Assembly: GCA_965552055.1 (NCBI GenBank)
Contig: CBEVQO010000004.1
Coordinates: 128,001-192,000 of the forward strand
Length of the DNA: 64,000 nt
Direction of reading: 5' to 3'
Origin: an uncultured bacterium
GTDB lineage: Bacteria; Hydrothermota; UBA3073; NMUJ01; CBEVQO01
The position numbers were made by a program, and so were the translations under genes. Below, piece after piece: positions 10,417 to 20,030 of the stretch. Below the pieces are notes generated by a model, which worked only from the letters and a program-made list of their open reading frames with translations, did not search any database and was not told the origin of the DNA. Position 1 is the first letter of the stretch, and each line of letters starts with the position of its first letter.

Positions 10417-11347
10417 AACAAATTCTTGTTCCAGCTTCTCCTTTTATAGCTTCTTCTAACTTTTGTGGTGATGTTATTATTGCCGGATTCTCTGTTTTCT
10501 TTACAAATTGTATGCAAGCTCTAATTTTTGGTGCCATACTTCCTTCAGCGAAATGTCCTTCTTTTAGATATTTTTCTGCTTCTTCAGGGGTCATTTTTCT
10601 GATAGCCCTTTGAGTTAGTTTGCCGAAATCAAGATAAACTTCGTCCACAGCTGTTGATATAAGGAAGAGGTCAGCATTTAATTCTATTGCAAGTAAACTT
10701 GATGCGAGATCTTTGTCAATCACTGCCTCTACTCCTATTAACTCATTATCTTTTTCAATTACCGGTATGCCACCGCCTCCGACCGCGATTACAACGGCTC
10801 CTGATTTTATCAAAGATTTTATTGCTTCGATTTCTATAATTTTCTTTGGGATGGGTGAAGGCACCACTCTTCTCCATCCCCTACCTGCGTCTTCTTTCAC
10901 AATCCAGCCGTTTTCTCTTGCTCTTTCTTCTGCTTCTTCTTTGGTCATAAAAGGACCTATGGGTTTTGTGGGATTTGAGAAAGCAGGGTCATTTTCGTCA
11001 ACTATTACCTGGGTTACCACGGTTGCCACTTCTTTTTTAATTCTCCTGTTTTTGAATTCATTTTTTAATGCTCTTTGAATTATGTATCCTATCAAGCCCT
11101 GTGATGATGCACCGCAGGCATCGAGAGGGTCAGGCGGTATTAATTTGCGTGTAAATTCCGAGCGGATAAGTAAAAAGCCCACCTGTGGACCGTTACCATG
11201 GGTTATCACAATATCATGTCCTTTTTCAATGAGATTTGCAATGTGTTTACAGGTTTCTTTTACAGTTTCGCACTGGTCTTTAAAACTTTGATGCTTTTTA
11301 TCACGAATTAAAGAATTACCGCCTATTGCAAGTACAATTTTCATCAT
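10409..11347 (-). CDS. arcC: Carbamate kinase
   Basis: AIGGNSL, THGNGPQVG, PTKPIGPF, EAVIDKD, GSMAPK. Confidence 0.95.
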   Translation of the reverse strand: MMKIVLAIGGNSLIRDKKHQSFKDQCETVKETCKHIANLIEKGHDIVITHGNGPQVGFLLIRSEFTRKLIPPDPLDACGASSQGLIGYIIQRALKNEFKNRRIKKEVATVVTQVIVDENDPAFSNPTKPIGPFMTKEEAEERARENGWIVKEDAGRGWRRVVPSPIPKKIIEIEAIKSLIKSGAVVIAVGGGGIPVIEKDNELIGVEAVIDKDLASSLLAIELNADLFLISTAVDEVYLDFGKLTQRAIRKMTPEEAEKYLKEGHFAEGSMAPKIRACIQFVKKTENPAIITSPQKLEEAIKGEAGTRICYG

Positions 11348-12414
11348 CTAAATGCTTTATGTAATCTTTTTAATGCTTCTAATTTTTCTCTATTTCCTAT
11401 TTTTGCGGATTTTATTGCCGTTTCCAATATCGTAATTGTTTTCTCATAAGTTTCTCTATCAACAGGATATGGGTGGCCGTCTTTTCCACCGTGTGCGAAG
11501 CTAAATCGTGCGGGGTCACGAAAACTCACAGGTTCGCCATAAATTAGTTCGGATGTTAAAGCAAGCGCTCTAATCGTTTTGGGACCTACTCCTTCAATCG
11601 CTAATAACTCTTCATAATTTTCGGGACTTCTCAAATAAGTTTTCAATAATGTTTTTGATAATCTTTTAGGGTCAATATCTTTGATTAGCATCTGATGTCT
11701 TGGTGGCAATTTCAGGACTTCAATTTTTTTAAATTCTTTTAAAGCTTTTGCCGGATTTTTTGCGAGTTCTACTATAACTTCCTGAGCCCCTTTACTTTCT
11801 TTTGCTACGGTATTTAATACATTTTTTTCAAATTTTTGTGTGGCTATTGCTGAATGAGGTTCCACAACAAAAGATTTAAGGTCATCACTTAACCAGTGGT
11901 ATCTTCTTGCATACAAATTTTGAGTATTCATCCCTTGCTGGATTACTGTCCATTTGCCATCATCCGTGAAAATTATTGTGTGATGATATAATTCATAGCC
12001 ATCCTGAAGCGCAACATTATCGACTTTTGCTGACATTCTGCTTGCATAAATTAATTTTTCGGGTGATATTTTTAAATACTTTTCCGTTTTTAAAATGTCT
12101 TCGGGTGTTTTTAAGGCAGTTTTGCCTTTACCTCCACCCATGAAGATTCCGATATCTTTTCCTATGTCTTTTAATGCTTCTTTTATCGCACCGCAAACAG
12201 TTGTTGTAAGTCCTGATGAATGCCAGTCAAATCCCAGCAAGTTTCCAAGTGCTTGAAACCAGTATGGTGATGATAATCTCCTTATAAATTCGTATTTTCC
12301 AAATTCATCTGTTAATGCGATTATAATAGCTCTGCTTAACTTTACCATATTTTCAAATAGCCATCTCGGTGCTTTCCCTGTATGTAACGGCAGATATGCT
12401 ACACCGCTACGCAT
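11344..12414 (-). CDS. DUF763 family protein
   Basis: LPLHTGKAPRWL, GFDWHSSG, FSFAHGGKDGHPYPVD. Confidence 0.9.
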   Translation of the reverse strand: MRSGVAYLPLHTGKAPRWLFENMVKLSRAIIIALTDEFGKYEFIRRLSSPYWFQALGNLLGFDWHSSGLTTTVCGAIKEALKDIGKDIGIFMGGGKGKTALKTPEDILKTEKYLKISPEKLIYASRMSAKVDNVALQDGYELYHHTIIFTDDGKWTVIQQGMNTQNLYARRYHWLSDDLKSFVVEPHSAIATQKFEKNVLNTVAKESKGAQEVIVELAKNPAKALKEFKKIEVLKLPPRHQMLIKDIDPKRLSKTLLKTYLRSPENYEELLAIEGVGPKTIRALALTSELIYGEPVSFRDPARFSFAHGGKDGHPYPVDRETYEKTITILETAIKSAKIGNREKLEALKRLHKAFR

Positions 12415-13766
12415 TATATTACTTCGGCAAATTTCTTTTGCTCAATAAATGATGTATGAATGTTACCTTTTACGAAATCTTCGTCTTCCATTATTTTTCT
12501 GTGAAATGGGATTGTTGTTTTTATTCCTTCTATTATGAATTCATCGAGTGCTCTTTTCATTCTTTCAATTGCTTCTATTCTATCTTTTCCATGCACTATT
12601 AATTTTGCAATTAAAGAGTCGTAATGTGGTGGGATTGTATAGCCCTGATAGACATGGGTATCTACTCTTACACCGCCTCCTCCTGGCAGATATAACATCG
12701 TTATTTTACCGGGACATGGTTGAAAATTTTTATCAGGGTCTTCTGCATTTATTCTGCATTCAATAGCGTGTCCTTCTATTTTTACATCTTCCTGACGGAA
12801 AGAAAGAGGTTCTCCTGATGCTATTTTCAACTGCTCTTTTACAATATCAATTCCTGTTACAAATTCGGTTACAGGGTGTTCAACCTGAATCCTTGTATTC
12901 ATTTCGATAAAATAAAAATTTCCATCTTGGTCCATTAAAAACTCTACAGTACCTGCGCTAAAATATCCGATAGCTTGTGCTGCTTTTACAGCATATTCGC
13001 CTATTTTTTTGCGTAAGTCAGGTGTTACAATGGGAGAAGGCGCTTCTTCTATTAATTTTTGATGTTTCCTCTGGATTGAGCATTCTCTTTCACCAAGATG
13101 AACAACATTACCGTATTCGTCGCCTAATATTTGCACTTCTATATGTCTTGGTTTAATCAAATATTTTTCAATATAAATTCTCCCATCACCGAATGCAGAT
13201 TTAGCCTCCTGTTGTGCTACATTGAAAAATTTTTTAAGTTCGTCTTTATTGCGAGCGATTCTCATTCCTTTTCCTCCTCCGCCTGCTGCTGCTTTTATCA
13301 TCACCGGGAAACCTGCACTTTCTGCTATTTCCATTGCCTTATCAATATCTGTGACGGATTCATGACTACCGGGGATTACGGGCACACCTGCTTCTCTTAC
13401 CACTTCTTTTGCCATTATTTTATCGCCCATTAGTTTTATTGCATCTGCTGAAGGTCCTATAAATTTAAATCCATTTTCTTCGCATATTTGTGCAAATGTA
13501 GGGTTTTCTGCAAGAAAGCCATATCCGGGATGAATTGCATCTGCTCCTGTTACTTCGGCTGCACTTATTATTGCAGGTATATTTAAGTAACTTTTTGCAG
13601 GCGGCGGTGGACCGATACAAACAGCGTAATCCGCCAATCTAACATGCATCGAATCCCTATCTGCTTCTGAAAAAATAGCCACTGTTTCTATACCAAGTTC
13701 TTTACATGCACGAATAATACGGATAGCGATTTCTCCTCTGTTTGCAATTAATACTCTTTTTATCAT
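12414..13766 (-). CDS. accC: Acetyl-CoA carboxylase biotin carboxylase
   Basis: [39 protein letters not shown]. Confidence 0.97.
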   Translation of the reverse strand: MIKRVLIANRGEIAIRIIRACKELGIETVAIFSEADRDSMHVRLADYAVCIGPPPPAKSYLNIPAIISAAEVTGADAIHPGYGFLAENPTFAQICEENGFKFIGPSADAIKLMGDKIMAKEVVREAGVPVIPGSHESVTDIDKAMEIAESAGFPVMIKAAAGGGGKGMRIARNKDELKKFFNVAQQEAKSAFGDGRIYIEKYLIKPRHIEVQILGDEYGNVVHLGERECSIQRKHQKLIEEAPSPIVTPDLRKKIGEYAVKAAQAIGYFSAGTVEFLMDQDGNFYFIEMNTRIQVEHPVTEFVTGIDIVKEQLKIASGEPLSFRQEDVKIEGHAIECRINAEDPDKNFQPCPGKITMLYLPGGGGVRVDTHVYQGYTIPPHYDSLIAKLIVHGKDRIEAIERMKRALDEFIIEGIKTTIPFHRKIMEDEDFVKGNIHTSFIEQKKFAEVI

Positions 13767-13767
13767 A

Positions 13768-14283
13768 TTACATTGGTTCTACAAGGAAAAGTTCCTGTCC
13801 ATATTCTACCGGTTGTTCGTTTTCTACCAGTATTTTTACGATTTTGCCTTTTACACCGGCAGGTATTTCGTTAAATACTTTCATTGCCTCGATTATACAT
13901 ACGATTGTATCTTCTTTTACTATGTCACCTACCTCTACATAGGGTTTTGCACCTGGTGCTGGTGCTCTGTAAAATGTTCCCACCATAGGAGAGCGTATTG
14001 CTACAAGTTCTTTTGCTTCTTTTTTCTCTTCTTTAACTTCTTTTACTTCGGGTTTTTCTTCTTTAATTTCTTCTTTGATTTCTTCTTTCTTTTCGACTTT
14101 TACAGGTTGGGCTTGCACCTGTGGTATTTGCTGTATCTGTGGCGTTATGATTTGAGGTATCGGTGTGCTTTCTTTCTTTTTACTAACTCTTATAGTTCTG
14201 AACCATGTTTTTATTTCGATTTCATCCACATCGCTTTTGCTCAATATTTCTGTTAATTTTTTTATTAATTCATCTAACTTCAT
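13768..14283 (-). CDS. accB: Biotin carboxyl carrier protein
   Basis: [15 protein letters not shown] biotinylation motif. Confidence 0.95.
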   Translation of the reverse strand: MKLDELIKKLTEILSKSDVDEIEIKTWFRTIRVSKKKESTPIPQIITPQIQQIPQVQAQPVKVEKKEEIKEEIKEEKPEVKEVKEEKKEAKELVAIRSPMVGTFYRAPAPGAKPYVEVGDIVKEDTIVCIIEAMKVFNEIPAGVKGKIVKILVENEQPVEYGQELFLVEPM

Positions 14284-14582
14284 TCTGGTTTGAATCCTAT
14301 TATTTTTTTCTCGTGTGTTTCCTCTATTTTAATTTCTCCGAATCTTTCTTCGTATTTTTTGATATTTTCTTCGAGTGTTTTCAACAATCTTTTTGCGTGT
14401 GCCGGTGCCAGTATTATTCTTGCGTATATTTTTGTTTTTTTGAGTCCTGGCATTATTCTTGTGAAATCGATTACGAATTCCGTTGGTGAGTGGCTTACGA
14501 TTGCAAAGTTTGAGTATATTCCTTCGCCTTCTTTTTCCGGCACTTCAATTTGTATTTCTTGCATTTGCGGTCTTTCTTCCAT
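14280..14582 (-). CDS. DUF3467 family protein
   Basis: [20 protein letters not shown]...[20 protein letters not shown] before ATG 14582. Confidence 0.85.
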   Translation of the reverse strand: MEERPQMQEIQIEVPEKEGEGIYSNFAIVSHSPTEFVIDFTRIMPGLKKTKIYARIILAPAHAKRLLKTLEENIKKYEERFGEIKIEETHEKKIIGFKPE

Positions 14583-15018
14583 TTTTAACTCCTTTTTTCT
14601 TATTGAAAAGTTTATCGAAAGTGTCAATTATGAATTTGGCAGATTTAAAACCTTCTTTTATTACATTAACACTTTTACCCCCTCTGTAATATCCAAGTAT
14701 ATGGAGAACTTCATAAGCTGTATTAAAATGTGCTTTTAATTTGCCGTTATGCGGTATTTTGTTGAGCCATTGCATATATTCTCTGTAATCCGCCGGTAAT
14801 TCCTCTGGCTTTTTCCCCTTTTTTAAGATGTATGCATCTATTGCGAGAAGGACTGCGAGATATCCGATGGCACATGCCTCTGATACCCTTTTGCTATCGG
14901 CATATCTTATACCATATTCAATTGGTGTCTCCTTTAAAATATCCTTTGCATTTTTGAAATATCTTTTTGCTTCTCTTATTGCTTCTTCAGGACTTTTAGG
15001 TCTTTCTCTTTTTTCCAT
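14545..15018 (-). CDS. DUF5618/HEPN-like helical protein, copy F
   Basis: [13 protein letters not shown]...[23 protein letters not shown]...LHILGYYRGG; SD AGGAG. Family name is from motif recall. Confidence 0.7.
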   Translation of the reverse strand: MEKRERPKSPEEAIREAKRYFKNAKDILKETPIEYGIRYADSKRVSEACAIGYLAVLLAIDAYILKKGKKPEELPADYREYMQWLNKIPHNGKLKAHFNTAYEVLHILGYYRGGKSVNVIKEGFKSAKFIIDTFDKLFNKKKGVKNGRKTANARNTN

Positions 15019-15451
15019 ATTCTTTCTCCTTTTCATTAAAAAGTTTGTCAAATGTGTCAATAATTATTTTTGCTGCTTTGAAACCTGCTTTTATGATATC
15101 GACACTCGTTCCTCCTCTATAATATCCCAGGATGTGTAAACTTTCATAAACCGTATTAAGATGTGCTTTTAATTTGCCGTTATGCGGGATTTTGTTGAGC
15201 CATTGCATATATTCTCTGTAATCCGCCGGTAATTCCTCTGGCTTTTTCCCCTTTTTTAAGATGTATGCATCTATTGCGAGAAGGACTGCGAGATATCCGA
15301 TGGCACATGCCTCTGATACCCTTTTGCTATCGGCATATCTTATACCATATTCAATTGGTGTCTCCTTTAAAATATCCTTTGCATTTTTGAAATATCTTTT
15401 TGCTTCTCTTATTGCTTCTTCAGGACTTTTAGGTCTTTCTCTTTTTTCCAT
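14996..15451 (-). CDS. DUF5618/HEPN-like protein, copy E
   Basis: Same N-terminal part as F; variable segment HLNTVYESLHILGYYRGGTSVDIIKAG. Confidence 0.7.
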   Translation of the reverse strand: MEKRERPKSPEEAIREAKRYFKNAKDILKETPIEYGIRYADSKRVSEACAIGYLAVLLAIDAYILKKGKKPEELPADYREYMQWLNKIPHNGKLKAHLNTVYESLHILGYYRGGTSVDIIKAGFKAAKIIIDTFDKLFNEKEKEYGKKRKT

Positions 15452-15884
15452 ATTCTTTCTCCTTTTCATTAAAAAGTTTGTCAAATGTATCAATAATTAT
15501 TTTTGCTGCTTTGAAACCTGATTTTATGATATCGACACTCGTTCCTCCTCTGTAATATCCCAGGATGTGTAAACTTTCATAAACCGTATTAAAATGTGCT
15601 TTTAATTTGCCGTTATGCGGTATTTTGTTGAGCCATTGCATATATTCTCTGTAATCCGCCGGTAATTCCTCTGGCTTTTTCCCCTTTTTTAAGATGTATG
15701 CATCTATTGCGAGAAGGACTGCGAGATATCCGATGGCACATGCCTCTGATACCCTTTTGCTATCGGCATATCTTATACCATATTCAATTGGTGTCTCCTT
15801 TAAAATATCCTTTGCATTTTTGAAATATCTTTTTGCTTCTCTTATTGCTTCTTCAGGACTTTTAGGTCTTTCTCTTTTTTCCAT
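15429..15884 (-). CDS. DUF5618/HEPN-like protein, copy D
   Basis: Variable segment HFNTVYESLHILGYYRGGTSVDIIKSG. Confidence 0.7.
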   Translation of the reverse strand: MEKRERPKSPEEAIREAKRYFKNAKDILKETPIEYGIRYADSKRVSEACAIGYLAVLLAIDAYILKKGKKPEELPADYREYMQWLNKIPHNGKLKAHFNTVYESLHILGYYRGGTSVDIIKSGFKAAKIIIDTFDKLFNEKEKEYGKKRKT

Positions 15885-16317
15885 ATTCTTTCTCCTTTTC
15901 ATTAAAAAGTTTGTCAAATGTATCAATAATTACCTTTACTGCTTTGAAGCCCCCTTTTATCATATCAACATTTGTCCCGCCTCTGTAATATCCGAGGATA
16001 TGCAGGTTCTCGTAAGCCGTGTTTAAGCACGCTTTTAGTTTGCCATTGTGCGGAATTTTACCAATTTCTTTCATGTATTCCGAAAATTTTGTTGGCAAAT
16101 CTCCTGTTTCTTTACCTTTTTTAAGCAGATAAGCATCTATTGCCAGAAGTGCTGCAAGATAACCGATAGCACAAGCTTCTGATACCTTTTTGCTGTCAAT
16201 ATATCTTTCGTATTCAACGGGTATTTCTTTTAAAATATTTTTGGCGTTTTTAAAGTATCTTTTGGCTTCAGAGATTGCTTCTTCAGGACTTTTGGGTCTT
16301 TCTCTTATTTTTTCCAC
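15862..16317 (-). CDS. DUF5618/HEPN-like protein, copy C (divergent 5' part)
   Basis: GTG start with SD AGGAGG; N-terminal part diverged; 3' part matches copy A. Confidence 0.7.
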   Translation of the reverse strand: MEKIRERPKSPEEAISEAKRYFKNAKNILKEIPVEYERYIDSKKVSEACAIGYLAALLAIDAYLLKKGKETGDLPTKFSEYMKEIGKIPHNGKLKACLNTAYENLHILGYYRGGTNVDMIKGGFKAVKVIIDTFDKLFNEKEKEYGKKRKT

Positions 16318-16753
16318 TGCTTGCCTCCTTTTTCTTATTGAAAAGTTTATCGAAGGTGTCAATTATGAATTTGGCAGATTTAAAACCTTCTTTTATCATC
16401 TGGACACCCCTTCCGCCTCTATAATATCCGAATACATGTAAATTTTCATAGGCTGTATTAAAATGTGCTTTTAATTTGCCGTTATGCGGTATTTTGTTGA
16501 GCCATTGCATATATTCTCTGTAATCCGCCGGTAATTCCTCTGGCTTTTTCCCCTTTTTTAAGATGTATGCATCTATTGCGAGAAGGACTGCGAGATATCC
16601 GATGGCACATGCCTCTGATACCCTTTTGCTATCGGCATATCTTATACCATATTCAATTGGTGTCTCCTTTAAAATATCCTTTGCATTTTTGAAATATCTT
16701 TTTGCTTCTCTTATTGCTTCTTCAGGACTTTTAGGTCTTTCTCTTTTTTCCAT
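16283..16753 (-). CDS. DUF5618/HEPN-like protein, copy B
   Basis: Variable segment [27 protein letters not shown]. Confidence 0.7.
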   Translation of the reverse strand: MEKRERPKSPEEAIREAKRYFKNAKDILKETPIEYGIRYADSKRVSEACAIGYLAVLLAIDAYILKKGKKPEELPADYREYMQWLNKIPHNGKLKAHFNTAYENLHVFGYYRGGRGVQMIKEGFKSAKFIIDTFDKLFNKKKEASSGKNKRKTQKS

Positions 16754-17183
16754 ATTCTTTCTCCTTTTCATTAAAAAGTTTGTCAAATGTATCAATAATT
16801 ACCTTTACTGCTTTGAAGCCCCCTTTTATCATATCAACATTTGTCCCGCCTCTGTAATATCCGAACACATGCAGGTTTTCATAAGCCGTATTAAAATAAG
16901 CCTTTAATTTGCCGTTATGCGGGATTTTGTTGAGCCATTGCATATATTCTCTGTAATCCGCCGGTAATTCCTCTGGCTTTTTCCCCTTTTTTAAGATGTA
17001 TGCATCTATTGCGAGAAGGACTGCGAGATATCCGATGGCACATGCCTCTGATACCCTTTTGCTATCGGCATATCTTATACCATATTCAATTGGTGTCTCC
17101 TTTAAAATATCTTTTGCATTTTTGAAATATCTTTTTGCTTCTCTTATTGCATCTTCAGGACTTTTGGGTCTTTCTCTTATCAT
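16731..17183 (-). CDS. DUF5618/HEPN-like protein, copy A
   Basis: ATGA overlap with the upstream gene; variable segment [27 protein letters not shown]. Confidence 0.7.
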   Translation of the reverse strand: MIRERPKSPEDAIREAKRYFKNAKDILKETPIEYGIRYADSKRVSEACAIGYLAVLLAIDAYILKKGKKPEELPADYREYMQWLNKIPHNGKLKAYFNTAYENLHVFGYYRGGTNVDMIKGGFKAVKVIIDTFDKLFNEKEKEYGKKRKT

Positions 17184-17674
17184 CCCTGTTTATAACCTAT
17201 TTTTCTCAAAAATTCTTTTCGGCATTTTATGTCTTCTTCTTTTTCAAAGCCAAGAGGTGAGAATCCATCCACCACACCGAGCACACCTCTACCCTGTTCT
17301 GTTTCAGCGATTATCACTTCACATGGGTTTGCAGTGGCACAGAATATCCTGCATACCTCCTGCACATTCTTTATTCGGTTCAAAACATTAATCGGATAAG
17401 CATTTTTTAAAAATATGATAAATATGTGACCCGCCCCTATGTTCATTGCATTTTTCTTAGCAAGTTCAATCATCTCTTCATCGTTACCTGTGTATCTTAT
17501 GAGACGGGGACCGGATGACTCACAAAAAGCCAGACCAAACTTTATCCCGGGAAAAGAAGTTATAAGAGCTTCATAAAGGTCTTCCACTGTTTTTATGAAA
17601 TGAGACTGTCCCAAAATAAAATTCACTTCTTCGGGCTTTTCTATTTTTACTTTTAAAATTCTAACATCTGCCAT
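17180..17674 (-). CDS. Adenosine-specific kinase family protein (DUF355)
   Basis: [43 protein letters not shown]. Confidence 0.9.
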   Translation of the reverse strand: MADVRILKVKIEKPEEVNFILGQSHFIKTVEDLYEALITSFPGIKFGLAFCESSGPRLIRYTGNDEEMIELAKKNAMNIGAGHIFIIFLKNAYPINVLNRIKNVQEVCRIFCATANPCEVIIAETEQGRGVLGVVDGFSPLGFEKEEDIKCRKEFLRKIGYKQG

Positions 17675-17679
17675 CAATA

Positions 17680-17706
17680 AATATAAGCAAAATCCGAAAT
17701 TGTCAA
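17680..17706 (-). promoter_or_regulatory. Promoter TTGACA-N15-TATATT, 5 nt before ATG 17674
   Basis: Read on the reverse strand. Confidence 0.7.
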
Positions 17707-17730
17707 TAGTAAATTTTTGCAATAAAATGA

Positions 17731-17757
17731 TTGACAAAATGAAATATCGAATATAAT
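17731..17757 (+). promoter_or_regulatory. Promoter TTGACA-N15-TATAAT, 6 nt before the pdxJ ATG
   Basis: Both hexamers are perfect consensus; no SD. Confidence 0.8.
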
Positions 17758-17763
17758 AATAAA

Positions 17764-18471
17764 ATGAGATTATCAGTAAACATTGACCATATTGCTACCC
17801 TTAGAGAGGCGCGTAAAATACATTATCCTGACCCTGTTCATGCGGTCCATCTTATAGAAATAGCAGGAGCTCATGGTATTACCTGTCATTTAAGAATTGA
17901 TAGAAGACATATAAAGGAAAGGGATATCAAATTATTGAAGGAAATATCTTCTTTGCCATTAAATGTGGAGGTATCACTTACAGATGAGTTATTGCGCTTT
18001 TTATGTGATGTTCGTCCTGACTGGTGCTGTCTTGTTCCTGAGCGTCCAGAAGAAATAACAACAGAGGGTGGGCTCGATATTATAAAATTTTTCGAGGAAA
18101 CAAAGAGAGCGGTTGATATTTTAAAATCATCGGATATAAAAGTAACAATTTTCATTGAGCCAGATAAAAAGATTATTGAGAAAGCCAGATTAACGGGTGC
18201 AGATGCGGTTGAGATAAATACCGGTAAATATTCGGAAAGCAAAGGAGAAGCTGCTATTCGTGAATATAAGCGCATAAAGGAAGCAGCGAAGTTTGCAAAA
18301 GAAATGGGTTTCGAGGTGCACGGCGGTCATGGCTTGAATTATCAGAATGTGAAATTAATAGCACAAATATCCGAAATTGAAGAGCTGAGTATAGGGCATA
18401 GTATAATATCTCGCGCCGTATTCGTCGGACTTGAGCGTGCAGTAAGGGAAATGCTCTTGCTCATTTCATGA
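17764..18471 (+). CDS. pdxJ: Pyridoxine 5'-phosphate synthase
   Basis: [44 protein letters not shown]. Confidence 0.96.
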   Translation: MRLSVNIDHIATLREARKIHYPDPVHAVHLIEIAGAHGITCHLRIDRRHIKERDIKLLKEISSLPLNVEVSLTDELLRFLCDVRPDWCCLVPERPEEITTEGGLDIIKFFEETKRAVDILKSSDIKVTIFIEPDKKIIEKARLTGADAVEINTGKYSESKGEAAIREYKRIKEAAKFAKEMGFEVHGGHGLNYQNVKLIAQISEIEELSIGHSIISRAVFVGLERAVREMLLLIS

Positions 18472-20030
18472 AGAAATTAATTCCCCTTTTAATAATATCT
18501 TTAATTTTAGGATGTAAAAAGAAAGGAAAATTTCAGGAAATAACCGAAGATTTATCCGGCTTTAAAGTGTTTGTTCTCGGTGAAGACTTCCTTCATGTTT
18601 ATAACATTAATGACTTTAATGATGTTGTTACTTATAAACTTAACAGAAAATATGCGGGACTATATAAGGATGACAGTATTTATCTTTACGGTGAGGATTT
18701 AAGAATAATTCGTCCTTCTGGAATAAAACGCTTTACCAGGTTGAAAACAGGGTATAAGGGATTACTCTTCATAAAGAGAAAACCCATTTTACTTTTTGAT
18801 AACTATTTGTTAAATGAGGTGCTTGATGCTTTTATTCCTTTGCGTTATGGTGAAAAAGTAATACCTGACCCTTCTGAAGATTATTTATATGTTCTTGATA
18901 CAGCCTGTGTAAGGAAAATCGAGGTTGATTCCTTTAAAGTGATGGGTGAGATAAGGCATAAGAATTTAGCAGATATTGCTCTATCTCCTTTTGGTCTTCG
19001 TCTATATTGTGCGCATCTTGATACATTTCTGGTTTATGATGCAAGGAGTTTAAGATTTTTATATTCCATCGTATTGGACGATAACATCAATAAAATAGAA
19101 TTAACAGGTGCAGGGAATAAGATATATTGTGTGTGTGGTAAAAAGATTTTTGTAATAGATAGAATAATGAAAAGGATAAAGCGGGTTTTGAAATTTTCGC
19201 AAAAAGTTATTGATTTTAGATTATCGGATGAAGGAATAATAGGAATAGCTTTAACTCCATCCTATGTTTATTTCATTGATGCTGGGTTTGATAAAATTAT
19301 TAAAAAGTTAAATTTAAGTGAGATTTTATCTTTTGATATGTCTCCAAAGGGCACAAGATGCTATTTTGTTCGTCCTGATACTCTGGTTGAGATTCGTCTT
19401 CCTGATTTTAAGATTTCTAAGAAATTGTATTTACCTGGGGTTAAAGGAGTTTGTGTTAAGAAATATGAGTCGGTTTCGAGTCAAATTGAAGTTGCGAAGG
19501 AAGCAGGAGAAAAGTTTTATGTTTTGCAGGTTGTTTCTACGCATAGTTTATCTCGTGCAAGGGAATTGAAGAATTTACTGCTGAAAGCAGGCTATCCTGC
19601 GTTTATAAGCCAAAGTGAAGGCTGGTATAGAGTAAGGATAGGTCTTTTTACGACAAAGGAAGATGCAGAGGCTCTGTGTAACGGTGTGGAGATGCTTACA
19701 GGTGAGCGCCCATGGGTTGCACTCGCAGAAGTACCGCGAGATATAGTTCCAGATGTGAATACACCTGATATTACTGGTGATGGTGCACCTGAATTTTGTG
19801 TGCGTGCAAATAATACCGAAATTATAATTTTCACTATAAGAGATAAAGTTTTCGTAAGAGTTCATACTATAAAGAAATTTGAACCGACATATATAGGTGA
19901 GCCCACATTTGAGGATATAAATAATGATGGAAGATACGAAATTGTAATCCCTATGGTTGAAGAGGGAATGTATTCTGTTATTTTCTACAGGGAAGGTGAA
20001 TTTGAGGAAGAGATAAGAGTCAGGGAATGA
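18468..20030 (+). CDS. Lipoprotein with beta-propeller-like region and SPOR domain
   Basis: Lipobox LILGC; SPOR motif YVLQVVS...A..L...L...GYPA...WYRVRIGLF...A. Confidence 0.7.
   Translation: MKKLIPLLIISLILGCKKKGKFQEITEDLSGFKVFVLGEDFLHVYNINDFNDVVTYKLNRKYAGLYKDDSIYLYGEDLRIIRPSGIKRFTRLKTGYKGLLFIKRKPILLFDNYLLNEVLDAFIPLRYGEKVIPDPSEDYLYVLDTACVRKIEVDSFKVMGEIRHKNLADIALSPFGLRLYCAHLDTFLVYDARSLRFLYSIVLDDNINKIELTGAGNKIYCVCGKKIFVIDRIMKRIKRVLKFSQKVIDFRLSDEGIIGIALTPSYVYFIDAGFDKIIKKLNLSEILSFDMSPKGTRCYFVRPDTLVEIRLPDFKISKKLYLPGVKGVCVKKYESVSSQIEVAKEAGEKFYVLQVVSTHSLSRARELKNLLLKAGYPAFISQSEGWYRVRIGLFTTKEDAEALCNGVEMLTGERPWVALAEVPRDIVPDVNTPDITGDGAPEFCVRANNTEIIIFTIRDKVFVRVHTIKKFEPTYIGEPTFEDINNDGRYEIVIPMVEEGMYSVIFYREGEFEEEIRVRE

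Larger units (their letters stand above)
14545..17183 (-). repeat. Tandem array of six ~433-bp gene units
   Basis: Starts at 17183, 16753, 16317, 15884, 15451 and 15018 (spacings 430, 436, 433, 433, 433). Confidence 0.97.

Noticed and set aside
14545..17183. Array as a diversity-generating retroelement (TR/VR)
   Set aside because: Differences between copies involve all four bases and many synonymous sites rather than only adenines, and no reverse transcriptase is in the window.
14545..17183. Array as CRISPR or integron cassettes
   Set aside because: The units are ~433-bp homologous overlapping ORFs with no short repeats or unique spacers, no room for attC sites, and no cas or integrase genes.
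14828..17391. Repeated plus-strand ORFs ([13 protein letters not shown]...)
   Set aside because: Antisense shadows of the array genes; they recur only because the DNA is repeated.
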